The notes under the pieces were generated by a model. The model had not been told where the DNA came from. It saw nothing but the letters and a program-made list of their open reading frames with translations, and made no database searches. The position numbers and the translations under genes are program-made. Below, piece after piece: positions 8,905-18,236 of a stretch of DNA of 53,020 nt (its first letter is position 1; each line of letters begins with the position of its first letter). The stretch is from a virus. Taxonomy: Duplodnaviria > Caudoviricetes. The DNA lies in the IMG/VR virus record IMGVR_UViG_3300025101_000033, positions 1 through 53,020 of that record. One strand, written 5' to 3'.

Positions 8905-11900
8905 TTACCCCAGAAGCTTCCAGTTTCTTGACAGGCCGCCGCGAGTTGAGAATCCCCAAGTCGCGTTGAACTGTGGCCACTCAAGAACATAGAGTTTGTG
9001 TGTATACACAAAGTCTCTTTGAGTATCAATACCCCAACAATTAATGCGCTGTGTTTTCATGTTTGAGTCAATAACAGTTACTTGATAGTATGGCTTTCCC
9101 CCTTTGGTCTTTCGAGTTGTGACGCTTGTGGGGATACACCAACACTTGCCAAGTTCAGGATCATACTCTGAGATTGGCTTGATACCTTGCATGTCAAAGA
9201 ACTTGTATGCTTTCACGGGCACAACCATGTTGATAGGATAGATTCCAGTCAATGCTTGCAAGTGGTTGATACGCTCTCCTTTCGAAAAAGTCCCTTCGTC
9301 TTTGTACTTTTCAATGTTCTCTCCAAGTTTTTTCTTGTTCTTCGGTTTATCTACAACAATGGCTGACCAGAAGTGTTTATCGCCGAAGAACCTCTCATCC
9401 TGTAGAGATTGCATCGCTCCGGCTCGACACATGGCATCTAAGGACTTTTTGTTTACTTTCCGAGCCACGACACCTTTGTCGAACAAAAGGTCCTCTACGG
9501 ACAAAAATGGGCGCTTGAGGAGCACCTCGTCAATAGCTGCTTGCCCTAGTCCCTTGATTGTAGTCAGAGGAGGAACCAAGCATCCATCACGGACTTCCCA
9601 TTGAGTACCAGAAGTGTTGATGTCAAGTGGAGCGACTTTGTATCCGAAAGAGCGAGCGATGTTAATGGCAGCCTCTTTACGAGAGTCTGGTTCATGATCT
9701 AGAAAGGCAGAGATCCATTCGTCTTGATAGTAAGTCTGCAGCCAAGCACATTGATACGAGATGATTGAATACGGGATAGCATGATTCTTTGAGAAACCAT
9801 AGCCAGAGAAATATTCCATCTTACCCCACAATACTTTGGCAGATGCGAACGACATACCTTTCTTCTCGCAACCATTAATAAAACGTTCGTATAGATCTTT
9901 CTTCTTACGCATCTTGGTCTCGGACAAACCTTTCTTTGTCAAGAGCTTACGCAATACGTTAGCATCGGACATTGTGATCTTATCCCCAAGAACATTCACC
10001 AAGTTCATGATGTCTTCTTGAAACACAATAAGTCCGTATGTCTTACCTAGGATGTCCTCAATCAAAGGATGATCATAATCAACATCTTGGATTCCTTCTT
10101 TTGCAGAAACATACATCTTATCTACGTTCGCAGACAAAGGACCCGGTCGATAGATTGCTGATACGGTTGCTATCTCTTCCACCGAAGATACTCTTGCGTT
10201 GCGACCGAGTCGTTGCATGCCAGTATTCATGAACTGAAAGATACCGGCATACTTGCCTTGATGAAATACTTCTTCATAAACAGCAGGGTCTTCAAGATTT
10301 AATACTGATGGGTGTAGATTCTGCATGTACCACTCTTTACATTGTTCGAACGTTGGATTGCGCACACCTTCATTTCTCAAAATTCTCATGATTGCATCCT
10401 CAAATGTCTTGAGAGTTTCAAGGCCAAGGATGTCAAACTTGATGAAACCCAGTGGTTCTAGATGACGAACATTCATACCTTCAGACCATGGAGTTTGCCT
10501 GATGCCTTTCGATGTGATCAGTGGCATTTTGCTTGGGAGATAATCGCCAATGATGGCACCGGCGGCATGACGACCGATTGATCGAGGTTGACCAATCAGT
10601 CCAAAGACTTGCTCTTTAACTTCCGGGAATCTGTGAAAGAAATCTTGAAGAGTCTCAGAAAACTCACAAACTTCAGCAAAAGTCGGCGTGTATACACCAG
10701 CCTTGATGCCATGCTTTTTCTTTGCTCGAGGAGTTGCCTCAAGGAACATTGCTTTTGTTACTTTATTGACTTCGGTGAAATCAATGCCTTCGCGCTTCGA
10801 GATGTCTTTAATGAGAGATGATAACTGTAGAGTGTTGTAGTTCGAAATGAATGCAACAGAGTCTTCACCCCACTCCTCAACCATCTTGTCTTTGATGAGA
10901 GAGTTGTCTCCAAAGTCAATGTCAATGTCAGGAAAGCCATCGGATCCACGAGTCAGGAAGCGTTCAAAAGGTAGCCCCCACTTCATTGGATCGATCTGCG
11001 TAATCTTTAAAAGGAAAGCCAAGAGCGAACCTGCTGCACTACCACGAGCAGGACCAACAAAAGTATAATTCCATGAGAAATCAGTAATTGCTTTGGTCGC
11101 CAAGAAGTATTCACTAAATTTTTGAGACGCGATAACATCGAGTTCCTCCTCTAATCTTTTGCGATAGTGTCGCTTTGTAGTCTTGTCTGTACCTCGGAGA
11201 TAAACCCGTAGAGCTTCTTCTGCAATTTCTTTGAGGTGGTTGTCAGGATTGACACCAGACGGTACGACGAAAGAAGGAAGCTGAACAGAAGTGTCAGGGA
11301 GAAAATCTTCAATTTGCTCAAAAGCGATGTAGGCCGTGTTTGTGATTGACTCAATAACCAAATCATCGTCGTAAGTAAGATTGAGATCATCTGAATATCT
11401 AAGATATGATTCCCACATTTCTTGAGCATTTTTCGGATAAAGTTCATAGCCTATTTCTTCCACTGATTCTGGGATGTTATCGTCCATCCACGCAGGCATC
11501 TTGCCAAGCCAACCAAGTCGCTTGTATACTTCTCTATCTTTCCATGCATCAGGGCGTGGATAGTGAGAGTCACAAGTGGAGATCAGGCGAATACCAAGTT
11601 GCTTCGCTACTTTAATTAGGCAGCGATTTAACAGATGTTGTTCCGGAATATTATTCCATTGTAGTTCAGCATAGAATCTGTCTCCAAAGGTATCATGAAA
11701 CTTAGTAAGGTTAGCGATCATGTCCTCCACGATAGCATCCTCGCCCTCTTCTTGCTTCTTCCACATAGAACCAGCGGCAATACCCCCAAGACACGCTGTT
11801 GCCACAATGACGCCTTCCTGATGCTTCTTGAGAAGCTCCCAATCGATACGTGGTTTGCGATAGAAATAATCACCCGAGTAAGACTTTGAGACCATCTCAT

Positions 11901-12330
11901 AGATGTTCTCGAGACCTTTCTGGTTTTGTGCCAACAGAACGATGTGACGCTTGCGAGATAAGGCTCGCTTATCATTACGTTGCTCATCTTCGACAACCAT
12001 GGCAGAGTCACCACCGTCAACTTCTTTCGCCCGCTTTTTATCTGCAGCGATCTCGTTGCGAAGACTCTGCCACTCTTCCAGTGAATCAATGTAGTATGCT
12101 TCAACACCAAAAATGGGCTTGAAGTCTTTACCTTCAGCCTTCATCTCTTTTGCTCGAAGCAGTTGATAGGACAAACCATTCATAGAGCCATGGTCTGTGA
12201 GTGCAAGTGCACGAGATCCATTCTCATAGGCAAAGTCCATGTGTTCTTGTGGGAATCCAAACCCATCAAATAATGAAAAGCACGAGTGTCCGTGCAAGTT
12301 TACAAATTGTTCTTTTCTTAAGTTAGTCAT
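8905..12330 (-). CDS. dnaE: DNA polymerase III alpha subunit (family C) with PHP domain
   Basis: LHGHS...TDHG...GVEAY (PHP), RGSAAGSL, FERFL, PDIDIDF, KFDILGL, YRPGP, YGFSKNHA; ATG 12330 after GGAGGA. Confidence 0.97.
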   Translation of the reverse strand: MTNLRKEQFVNLHGHSCFSLFDGFGFPQEHMDFAYENGSRALALTDHGSMNGLSYQLLRAKEMKAEGKDFKPIFGVEAYYIDSLEEWQSLRNEIAADKKRAKEVDGGDSAMVVEDEQRNDKRALSRKRHIVLLAQNQKGLENIYEMVSKSYSGDYFYRKPRIDWELLKKHQEGVIVATACLGGIAAGSMWKKQEEGEDAIVEDMIANLTKFHDTFGDRFYAELQWNNIPEQHLLNRCLIKVAKQLGIRLISTCDSHYPRPDAWKDREVYKRLGWLGKMPAWMDDNIPESVEEIGYELYPKNAQEMWESYLRYSDDLNLTYDDDLVIESITNTAYIAFEQIEDFLPDTSVQLPSFVVPSGVNPDNHLKEIAEEALRVYLRGTDKTTKRHYRKRLEEELDVIASQKFSEYFLATKAITDFSWNYTFVGPARGSAAGSLLAFLLKITQIDPMKWGLPFERFLTRGSDGFPDIDIDFGDNSLIKDKMVEEWGEDSVAFISNYNTLQLSSLIKDISKREGIDFTEVNKVTKAMFLEATPRAKKKHGIKAGVYTPTFAEVCEFSETLQDFFHRFPEVKEQVFGLIGQPRSIGRHAAGAIIGDYLPSKMPLITSKGIRQTPWSEGMNVRHLEPLGFIKFDILGLETLKTFEDAIMRILRNEGVRNPTFEQCKEWYMQNLHPSVLNLEDPAVYEEVFHQGKYAGIFQFMNTGMQRLGRNARVSSVEEIATVSAIYRPGPLSANVDKMYVSAKEGIQDVDYDHPLIEDILGKTYGLIVFQEDIMNLVNVLGDKITMSDANVLRKLLTKKGLSETKMRKKKDLYERFINGCEKKGMSFASAKVLWGKMEYFSGYGFSKNHAIPYSIISYQCAWLQTYYQDEWISAFLDHEPDSRKEAAINIARSFGYKVAPLDINTSGTQWEVRDGCLVPPLTTIKGLGQAAIDEVLLKRPFLSVEDLLFDKGVVARKVNKKSLDAMCRAGAMQSLQDERFFGDKHFWSAIVVDKPKNKKKLGENIEKYKDEGTFSKGERINHLQALTGIYPINMVVPVKAYKFFDMQGIKPISEYDPELGKCWCIPTSVTTRKTKGGKPYYQVTVIDSNMKTQRINCWGIDTQRDFVYTHKLYVLEWPQFNATWGFSTRGGLSRNWKLLG

Positions 12331-12391
12331 TTGTCCTCCGTGATTCACTTAGTGTTCAATATTCTATACTAAACTGTTTGTTTGTGTTTAC

Positions 12392-12420
12392 AATATAACA
12401 CAGTCAAGAAGATTTGTCAA
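12392..12420 (-). promoter_or_regulatory. Sigma70-type promoter upstream of dnaE
   Basis: TTGACA-17-TATATT. Confidence 0.8.
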
Positions 12421-12428
12421 GTAGAAAT

Positions 12429-12599
12429 TTAAAGTTTTTCCAAGTCTTCTTCATCAACCCAATATTTTTCGCCTGTTGTAAAGTCATGAACAAGATAGAT
12501 TGAATAATGTATCAAAATGCCCATTGTCCTGACTTCTCTTTCCATGACAAAGCAGACGCTTTCTTCAAGCCATTTGCATTTTACGAGCTCTCCAATCAT
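12429..12599 (-). CDS. Small KOW/SH3-like protein (56 aa, not in the ORF track)
   Basis: Manual translation MIGELVKCKWLEESVCFV...YLVHDFTTGEKYWVDEEDLEKL*; ATGA overlap with the upstream gene. Confidence 0.65.
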   Translation of the reverse strand: MIGELVKCKWLEESVCFVMEREVRTMGILIHYSIYLVHDFTTGEKYWVDEEDLEKL

Positions 12600-12817
12600 T
12601 CTACACCATTAGCAGGTTCGAGATAAAATTCCATCACTCTTTCTGTTCTTTGCCATGGGAACCACATGACTTCTACCATGTCGTCCCTCTTACCATCATA
12701 CGAATGAAACATGTCTCTCTCTATTTTTATTATTATACCAAATTTTTTTAGTGGATTATATCGAGATCTTACAATGCCACTTGGCTTAAACCTCACAAGA
12801 TCTCCAACTTCAAACAT
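12596..12817 (-). CDS. Small KOW/SH3-like protein
   Basis: MFEVGDLV...FGIIIKI...VEVMW...YLE pattern. Confidence 0.65.
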   Translation of the reverse strand: MFEVGDLVRFKPSGIVRSRYNPLKKFGIIIKIERDMFHSYDGKRDDMVEVMWFPWQRTERVMEFYLEPANGVE

Positions 12818-13086
12818 TACTCCTCCAAGAACTTAGTTTTAAATTCTAAACAAAGAAGCTCCCATGTTTGAGGGTTAACAATTAAAGGCTCTACTCCCAA
12901 ATGTTTCATGAATATTGAAGCTCTTGTTCTTGCTTCGCATAGTGAAGGAGCGCGAGGTACATAATAAAATTCTTTTTGTTGATCATAAATGTATACATGT
13001 CTCATGGTGCACACCTCCGGTTCCCAGCCATCATAACAATCACAAGGGTCGCACTCGCAAACTTCGCAGAATTCTGACATGTCCAT
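12817..13086 (-). CDS. Hypothetical protein with Cys-rich N-terminus
   Basis: CEVCECDPCDC; second in-frame start with a strong RBS at 13005. Confidence 0.6.
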   Translation of the reverse strand: MDMSEFCEVCECDPCDCYDGWEPEVCTMRHVYIYDQQKEFYYVPRAPSLCEARTRASIFMKHLGVEPLIVNPQTWELLCLEFKTKFLEE

Positions 13087-13090
13087 CTCC

Positions 13091-14029
13091 TTACTTAGCT
13101 GCGATGCAACCGGGCGCCATTAGCTCCCTCATCTTAAATAGTCCCACCTCTTTGTGTTTACATTCTAGCATGATATCCATGCGGTGGCCAAACGTGTCGA
13201 TAGGCGTCCAATACGAGTCACTGTGGGCTTGTGGACGGATCTTAGGGTTATCATGCTCGATGGCTCGTGACTGGCTGTAATGGACAACAGGGACAACGTC
13301 ACCCCATGTTTTGAGTGCGAGTTCGACTGCTTCCTGCTGTGTTAGTCCGCCAGTGCACAGATGGTGATGGTGATAGTCATGGACAATTGGAATGCCGATG
13401 ACTTTGAACACACCATCGTATAGTTCTTGTGTTGAGTACAAAGACTCCTTGTCATCGTTCTCGACCGTCAGTCGCGTTTTGACTGCGTCTGATAGTCTTT
13501 GGAAATTCTTGCAAAAATTAGCAAGGGCCATAGGTTTATCATTGTATGCTGCTCCTACATGAATGTTAATTTTCGCCCAAGGTGAGCGAGGTTGGCACAA
13601 AAGATCCATCATCTTACCGTTGACTTCAAGGTCTTTGATGGTGTTCTGGACAACCTGCTCATTGGGAGAACATAGTTTGTTAAATGGGCCGGGATGGCAC
13701 GTTAGACGAATGTCATGTTCGTTCGCATAGAGTCCGGCTTCGTACAAGGCTTCTTCGATTGCATCAAAGTCCTTGAGATCTTCAAGATCGTATTCGGAAG
13801 CCCACGGAAAGATTTCCGAAGACATTCTGAAGAAGTGAATGTCGTGCTTCGCATTCCACTCGAGAATGGTCAGCAAGTCTGTGCAGTTTGCAAGGATGAT
13901 CTCCGACACATAGTCGAGACCTTTCTCTTGAAATGTTTTCTTACGCATTGTGCGATTGGTTGATACTTTTACTTTGCGCGATGATAGTTCAGTGTTGATA
14001 CATGCGTACCCTAAATTGTAATTTGTCAT
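13091..14029 (-). CDS. uvsE: UV damage endonuclease UvsE/UVDE
   Basis: LGYACIN, FRMSSEIFPWAS, HPGPF, ENDD, DYHHH, HYS, AHSD, MLECKHKE. Confidence 0.95.
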   Translation of the reverse strand: MTNYNLGYACINTELSSRKVKVSTNRTMRKKTFQEKGLDYVSEIILANCTDLLTILEWNAKHDIHFFRMSSEIFPWASEYDLEDLKDFDAIEEALYEAGLYANEHDIRLTCHPGPFNKLCSPNEQVVQNTIKDLEVNGKMMDLLCQPRSPWAKINIHVGAAYNDKPMALANFCKNFQRLSDAVKTRLTVENDDKESLYSTQELYDGVFKVIGIPIVHDYHHHHLCTGGLTQQEAVELALKTWGDVVPVVHYSQSRAIEHDNPKIRPQAHSDSYWTPIDTFGHRMDIMLECKHKEVGLFKMRELMAPGCIAAK

Positions 14030-14050
14030 AATGTCCTCCGGTGTATTTAT

Positions 14051-14079
14051 AATATAACCGATTTACAATTACTTGTCAA
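14051..14079 (-). promoter_or_regulatory. Sigma70-type promoter upstream of uvsE
   Basis: TTGACA-17-TATATT. Confidence 0.8.
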
Positions 14080-14206
14080 GTAGTTTTTCTATCTTTTCTA
14101 AAAATTTTTTTTGTTGTTGGTATGAGAGATAATAAAAACAACAAAAAGCAATGGTGGGAATTATAATCCCAAAGAACATTGCTTTCCAGTAGATTGTCTT
14201 GAACAT
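14075..14206 (-). CDS. Small single-pass membrane protein (43 aa, not in the ORF track)
   Basis: MFKTIYWKAMFFGIIIPTIAFCCFYYLSYQQQKKFLEKIEKTT*; fills the intergenic gap. Confidence 0.5.
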
Positions 14207-14228
14207 TAAATCGACTGTTGTCACCTAT

Positions 14229-14657
14229 CTATCCTTCTTCTCCTCTCTCCTGCCACTCATAGGACGTTTTGTCTTCTTTGATTGGCCCACCTTTTGCCCA
14301 CGTTCTACATGATCTTGCGCTGTGGCATTTAAAATGATGCATCCAACAATAGCCTAGGCGACCATCATCATCAGAAGTTACGCCGGGCATACACGCATCC
14401 ATTCTGGGACTTATGTCAAAAGCAACACAATTGCTACAATTTGATTTTTTGGCAGCTTTCTCAGTTGTATTCCAGAAATCTGCTATGTCTTTCCAGTAAT
14501 CACCGGGCTCATCAACATTGAGAGGGCCGTATTGAATGTGCTCAGCTTTAATCGAAGCGTTACGATTTTTAGTATTGAGCTTCAAGTCTTTTGCCGCTGG
14601 TGGGCAAACCATCTCTATTGCTTTTTTAATTGCCTTGACTATTCTAATTCTAATCAT
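14229..14657 (-). CDS. Cys/His-rich putative metal-binding phage protein
   Basis: CSNCVAF...C...GYCWMHHFKCHSARSCRTW. Confidence 0.7.
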   Translation of the reverse strand: MIRIRIVKAIKKAIEMVCPPAAKDLKLNTKNRNASIKAEHIQYGPLNVDEPGDYWKDIADFWNTTEKAAKKSNCSNCVAFDISPRMDACMPGVTSDDDGRLGYCWMHHFKCHSARSCRTWAKGGPIKEDKTSYEWQERGEEG

Positions 14658-14856
14658 TGGTGTCGCACTCCTTTGGAAGTTGAGATTTCAAAGTTTCCTT
14701 ATAAACTTTGATGTCGGGTTGAACCCACTTTAATTTTGGACAATGGGTTTTGTGGTCCTCCTTGTCTTTCAAAAAAAGCTCCAAGGCGATCATGTCCCTT
14801 TTAAGGTCGTCGCACTCTGGTGCTGCGAATGTGAGTGATGCTAATAATAAAACCAT
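14650..14856 (-). CDS. Small secreted protein with three Cys
   Basis: Short signal-like MVLLLASLTFA-A followed by a polar body. Confidence 0.6.
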   Translation of the reverse strand: MVLLLASLTFAAPECDDLKRDMIALELFLKDKEDHKTHCPKLKWVQPDIKVYKETLKSQLPKECDTND

Positions 14857-14864
14857 ATCTTTAT

Positions 14865-15134
14865 CTATCTCGTTACCATTTGCTCGATCCGACCTAGAGA
14901 CCCTTTCATGTACTCGATGTCCTTTTCGATTCCAATTATTTGTCTTGCGTTGTCGTCCGAGCCTTGGAGCTTTTTTTCTAAGGTTTCGATAACCTCCTCT
15001 GCATCTCCAAGATCATTTCTCAGTTCAGCAACTTCTACGTTCATGTTCCATACCCATCCGGCAAGAGGGATTACAAGCATCCCAAGTCCCATCTGAATCA
15101 CTTTCCATACGTCATCTTTTGTTAGTGTAGCCAT
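14865..15134 (-). CDS. N-terminal transmembrane + coiled-coil protein (i-spanin/XhlA-like architecture)
   Basis: VIQMGLGMLVIPLAGWVW followed by heptad repeats; RBS GGAGG. Confidence 0.55.
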   Translation of the reverse strand: MATLTKDDVWKVIQMGLGMLVIPLAGWVWNMNVEVAELRNDLGDAEEVIETLEKKLQGSDDNARQIIGIEKDIEYMKGSLGRIEQMVTR

Positions 15135-15144
15135 GGTTGTCCTC

Positions 15145-15966
15145 CTACCATTTCTTGCAAGACCAATATCTTGCCGTCTTCTTATCTTTTGCTGTGTGAC
15201 ACTTGTGTCGTGCTCTGAATGATTTTCTTCGTTTAGGGTTTGACTTTTTGATTTTCATTTTTTTGTCGCCAAAGTTAATCTTCTTTGCTTTGACTCGACC
15301 CTTCTTATCTTTCTTACCTGAGTTAACATATACTTTGAACTTCTTTACGTCACCACGAGTTGGCTTGTTTAGTTGAACGGTTTTGCCTTGATACACGGCT
15401 TCGCCCATAAGATCAGGGCATCCGCAAGATGCTTCTTGTAGTGTCTCAAACAGGCATGCACCGCAGGCATAGCCGCCCTCTTCAAGGGTCGCATCTTCAA
15501 ACATTTCAAGAATTGATTCGTCACCTTCGTACATCAAACCTTCTCTCAAGTCTGGGTATAGATCGTCAACATCGCCGGGATCATCTGGTCCCATGCTAAT
15601 GCCTCGGTCTGCATAACCAGGCTTCATTCCTAGGGCAGACATTCGATCTTGCGTTAGTCGATCTTGTTTTGCTCGTTCTGCTGCATCTTCGGCATCACGT
15701 CTATCTTGGTCGTCGATGTCTCTTTGGGTTCTCTCGGCTTCAAAGCTTGCCAGTTCTTCGGGAGTATAGAACTGAGATTTATCGAGGTTTTTCATGTCCT
15801 CGTATGCCTTCACCAGTTCCTCTTCCGTGGCCTTACCTTGCGATCTGAGCTTCTTAACGCGGAAAAATTCGTCGCGAAGAATCTTCTCTGCTTCCATCTG
15901 TTGCAGAATACCTTCGTCCAAAGTCTCTATAATTATTTTTTTTAATTTTTCTTCTGATAATTTCAT
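15145..15966 (-). CDS. Leader-bearing putative internal head protein with basic C-terminal domain
   Basis: MKLSEEKLKKIIIETLDE; C-terminus KKFKVYV...NFGD...RRKSFRARHKC...ARYWSCKKW. Confidence 0.7.
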   Translation of the reverse strand: MKLSEEKLKKIIIETLDEGILQQMEAEKILRDEFFRVKKLRSQGKATEEELVKAYEDMKNLDKSQFYTPEELASFEAERTQRDIDDQDRRDAEDAAERAKQDRLTQDRMSALGMKPGYADRGISMGPDDPGDVDDLYPDLREGLMYEGDESILEMFEDATLEEGGYACGACLFETLQEASCGCPDLMGEAVYQGKTVQLNKPTRGDVKKFKVYVNSGKKDKKGRVKAKKINFGDKKMKIKKSNPKRRKSFRARHKCHTAKDKKTARYWSCKKW

Positions 15967-16355
15967 TTCTTTTTTCTTCCATCCTTTTGTCGCACATTTT
16001 TAGCCTTACCTTTTCTATTAGGGTTCGGATCCTTCTTTCTCTTTTTGGCAGCTCTTTTATCTCTCTCTTTTTTGCTTAACTTCGCCCTATCATCGGCATC
16101 TCTACAGTATGGCTTGGTCTTTTGACCAGGTTGTTTCGCGCATGGCTTTCCGTCATACTTGCCACCGGTTTGTACCCAGCCGCCACCTTTAAACCAATCT
16201 CTCAAGCTATAACCTTTACTCTTTGCAGATTTACCATCTCGCTTGCCGCCTTTCTTTTTCTTCTTTTTCTTGCGTTTCTTCCTCTTCTTCTCGTCAAGGA
16301 CCGCAGACAGCTCTTCTTTGATGATTTGCTCTAGTTGTTCTCTGGTAATTTCCAT
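15963..16355 (-). CDS. Leader-bearing, very basic putative internal head protein
   Basis: MEITREQLEQIIKEELSAVLDE, then poly-Lys and LRDWF...WV...PC...PYCR. Confidence 0.7.
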   Translation of the reverse strand: MEITREQLEQIIKEELSAVLDEKKRKKRKKKKKKKGGKRDGKSAKSKGYSLRDWFKGGGWVQTGGKYDGKPCAKQPGQKTKPYCRDADDRAKLSKKERDKRAAKKRKKDPNPNRKGKAKNVRQKDGRKKK

Positions 16356-16377
16356 TTCAGTAATCCTATCTTGGAAC

Positions 16378-16385
16378 TAAATAGT
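16378..16385 (-). promoter_or_regulatory. Late-promoter-like motif ACTATTTA
   Basis: Intergenic, about 23 bp before ATG 16355. Confidence 0.65.
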
Positions 16386-16388
16386 CTT

Positions 16389-17561
16389 TTATTTCTTCTT
16401 TTTGTTCATCGCAGCCGTCTTTCTTTTAGAGGCTTCTTTTCGTTTCTCAGCATACTCGTACGCTTTCTTGAGTCTTGCTTTGGCTTTTGGATCTTTGGCG
16501 TTTTTGTATGCTGCTCTGGATCTCTGATGTATGAGGTTGATAATCTGTGATTGGCGCTTGTGTGACTTGGATTTAAAACTAGCCTTTGAAAGAGTGTCTT
16601 TAACGTCTTGAACTGATGAGAACTTGACGGATACCGTGTCAGTTGGATCTTCGTCGGTGTAAAGTCTACGACCAGAGTCCTTTGGCTTCTTGCCGGTGCC
16701 CTTCTTTGGGTCTCCTTCGACGACTTTCTTTTGCTGTGTTTCCAAGCCCTCTTCTGCTTTCACACAATTACGATAGGTTCGACCAAACATCTTCTTGGTC
16801 TTTCTCTTCTTGTGAGTCTTGTATCCTTTCTGGCATCTTTCTTGTAGAACAACTTCGAGTTCTTCTTTGACAATCTCATCCACCATGGCCGCCTGTTGGT
16901 TTCGAGGCCCCAACCATTCTTCATATTCTTCTAGACAGTTTCCTCTTCGCTGAGGAATTGTGCTTAATCGACCACCGTCGCTATAGCCGGCTATAAATTC
17001 TTCTCCATCTTCGTTGGTGTAAATTCGAAATTGAATAGTGACTGTTAGTAAACCAAACATTTCACCTTCAACCCACTCTTGTCCCGGAACCTGTGCTCCT
17101 TCAGTGTACAAACCTAAGAGTTGTTCATCAGAGAAAACTTTATTTTTAGACCCAATGGTGTGCCTTATGTTCCAAATGTCAGCTGTGATTGGCACATTCA
17201 TTATTATAATCTTGAGTATCTCACTGTCATCTTCGACAAAGATTGAATCACTTCCAAAAACCGGTTGCGACATGAATTCATAGAGCTTAACCGGTTCTTC
17301 TGTCCATGCGTCTGGATCGTCCAGTGAAGGAATAAACTGAGGATTTTGAATGCATTCTGGTGCCGGCATGCCTTCTTCGTTTTGACCCAAAGAATGTAAT
17401 AAATTATAATCAGAACCACATCCAGTAGCCAGTGCTCCGCCTGTGGCTGCCATCATTTGACAAAACTTTCGCCTTGTTATTTCTTTAATGGCACTCTCTA
17501 GTTTGACATTATGGATCTCTTCTAGAATAATTCGACTCAATTCCTCTCGGGTTAGTTCCAT
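16389..17561 (-). CDS. Leader-bearing modular protein with an internal Tat-lipoprotein-like signal and basic C-terminal modules
   Basis: MELTREELSRIILEE...IKE-ITRRKF...ALATGC; later CQKGY...NCV and DPKKGTGKKP..SGRRLYTDE. Confidence 0.7.
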   Translation of the reverse strand: MELTREELSRIILEEIHNVKLESAIKEITRRKFCQMMAATGGALATGCGSDYNLLHSLGQNEEGMPAPECIQNPQFIPSLDDPDAWTEEPVKLYEFMSQPVFGSDSIFVEDDSEILKIIIMNVPITADIWNIRHTIGSKNKVFSDEQLLGLYTEGAQVPGQEWVEGEMFGLLTVTIQFRIYTNEDGEEFIAGYSDGGRLSTIPQRRGNCLEEYEEWLGPRNQQAAMVDEIVKEELEVVLQERCQKGYKTHKKRKTKKMFGRTYRNCVKAEEGLETQQKKVVEGDPKKGTGKKPKDSGRRLYTDEDPTDTVSVKFSSVQDVKDTLSKASFKSKSHKRQSQIINLIHQRSRAAYKNAKDPKAKARLKKAYEYAEKRKEASKRKTAAMNKKKK

Positions 17562-17565
17562 ACCA

Positions 17566-18192
17566 TTATCTTCCGTAAGTTTTGCAAGGGTTCATGCCAC
17601 ATCCGCAGTTTTTGACCTCTTTGACTATCTTAATCGTTTTTTTATCTGATAAGATGTAGTCACCATCCTTATGTTGACCTACGTTTGGCATTCCATCTAG
17701 AGCTTTTACGATCTCGTCTTTCATTTCTTCTCCAAACTCTTTCAAAAATGGATCCATACCGGCAGCGCCACCTTCGTCGCGAAGAATCTTTTCAATCTTC
17801 TTTGGGTCAACATGAACAAAGCCTTTCTTCGCCATGTCTGTATGGTCTTTTTTGACATTGGCAACATGCTTCTTGCCAGTCTTAGGGTCAAACATGTCGT
17901 GCTTAGAAAACTCTTCGTTTAGTGACTCGTTTTTCTTTGACTTGTTGCCCCAGTTGGCAGCACCAACCTTGCGACATTTGACAAGCGCACCGGAAGCATA
18001 AGCGGAAGGCCAGACGTCATAGCGAGACTTTACCTTGTGATAACAAGCGTCTTTCTTCTTAGCTTTTGCCTTCTTTTTCTTCTTGCGTCTCTTCTTTTTG
18101 GCGGCTTTTCGCTTCTTGCCTTTTTTCTCATCAATGACGGCATCAACCTCTTCTTTGATGATTTTGCGTAATTCTTCATTCGAAATTTTCAT
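17566..18192 (-). CDS. Leader-bearing basic putative internal head protein
   Basis: Start MKISNEELRKIIKEEVDAVIDE at 18192 (RBS AGGAG); poly-Lys; DACYHKVKSRYDVWPSAYASGALVKCR. Confidence 0.7.
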   Translation of the reverse strand: MKISNEELRKIIKEEVDAVIDEKKGKKRKAAKKKRRKKKKKAKAKKKDACYHKVKSRYDVWPSAYASGALVKCRKVGAANWGNKSKKNESLNEEFSKHDMFDPKTGKKHVANVKKDHTDMAKKGFVHVDPKKIEKILRDEGGAAGMDPFLKEFGEEMKDEIVKALDGMPNVGQHKDGDYILSDKKTIKIVKEVKNCGCGMNPCKTYGR

Positions 18193-18212
18193 GTCAAAGT
18201 CTCCTTCTGACA

Positions 18213-18220
18213 TAAATAGT
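18213..18220 (-). promoter_or_regulatory. Late-promoter-like motif ACTATTTA
   Basis: Intergenic, about 21 bp before ATG 18192. Confidence 0.65.
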
Positions 18221-18236
18221 AACAAATGAATAAGAA

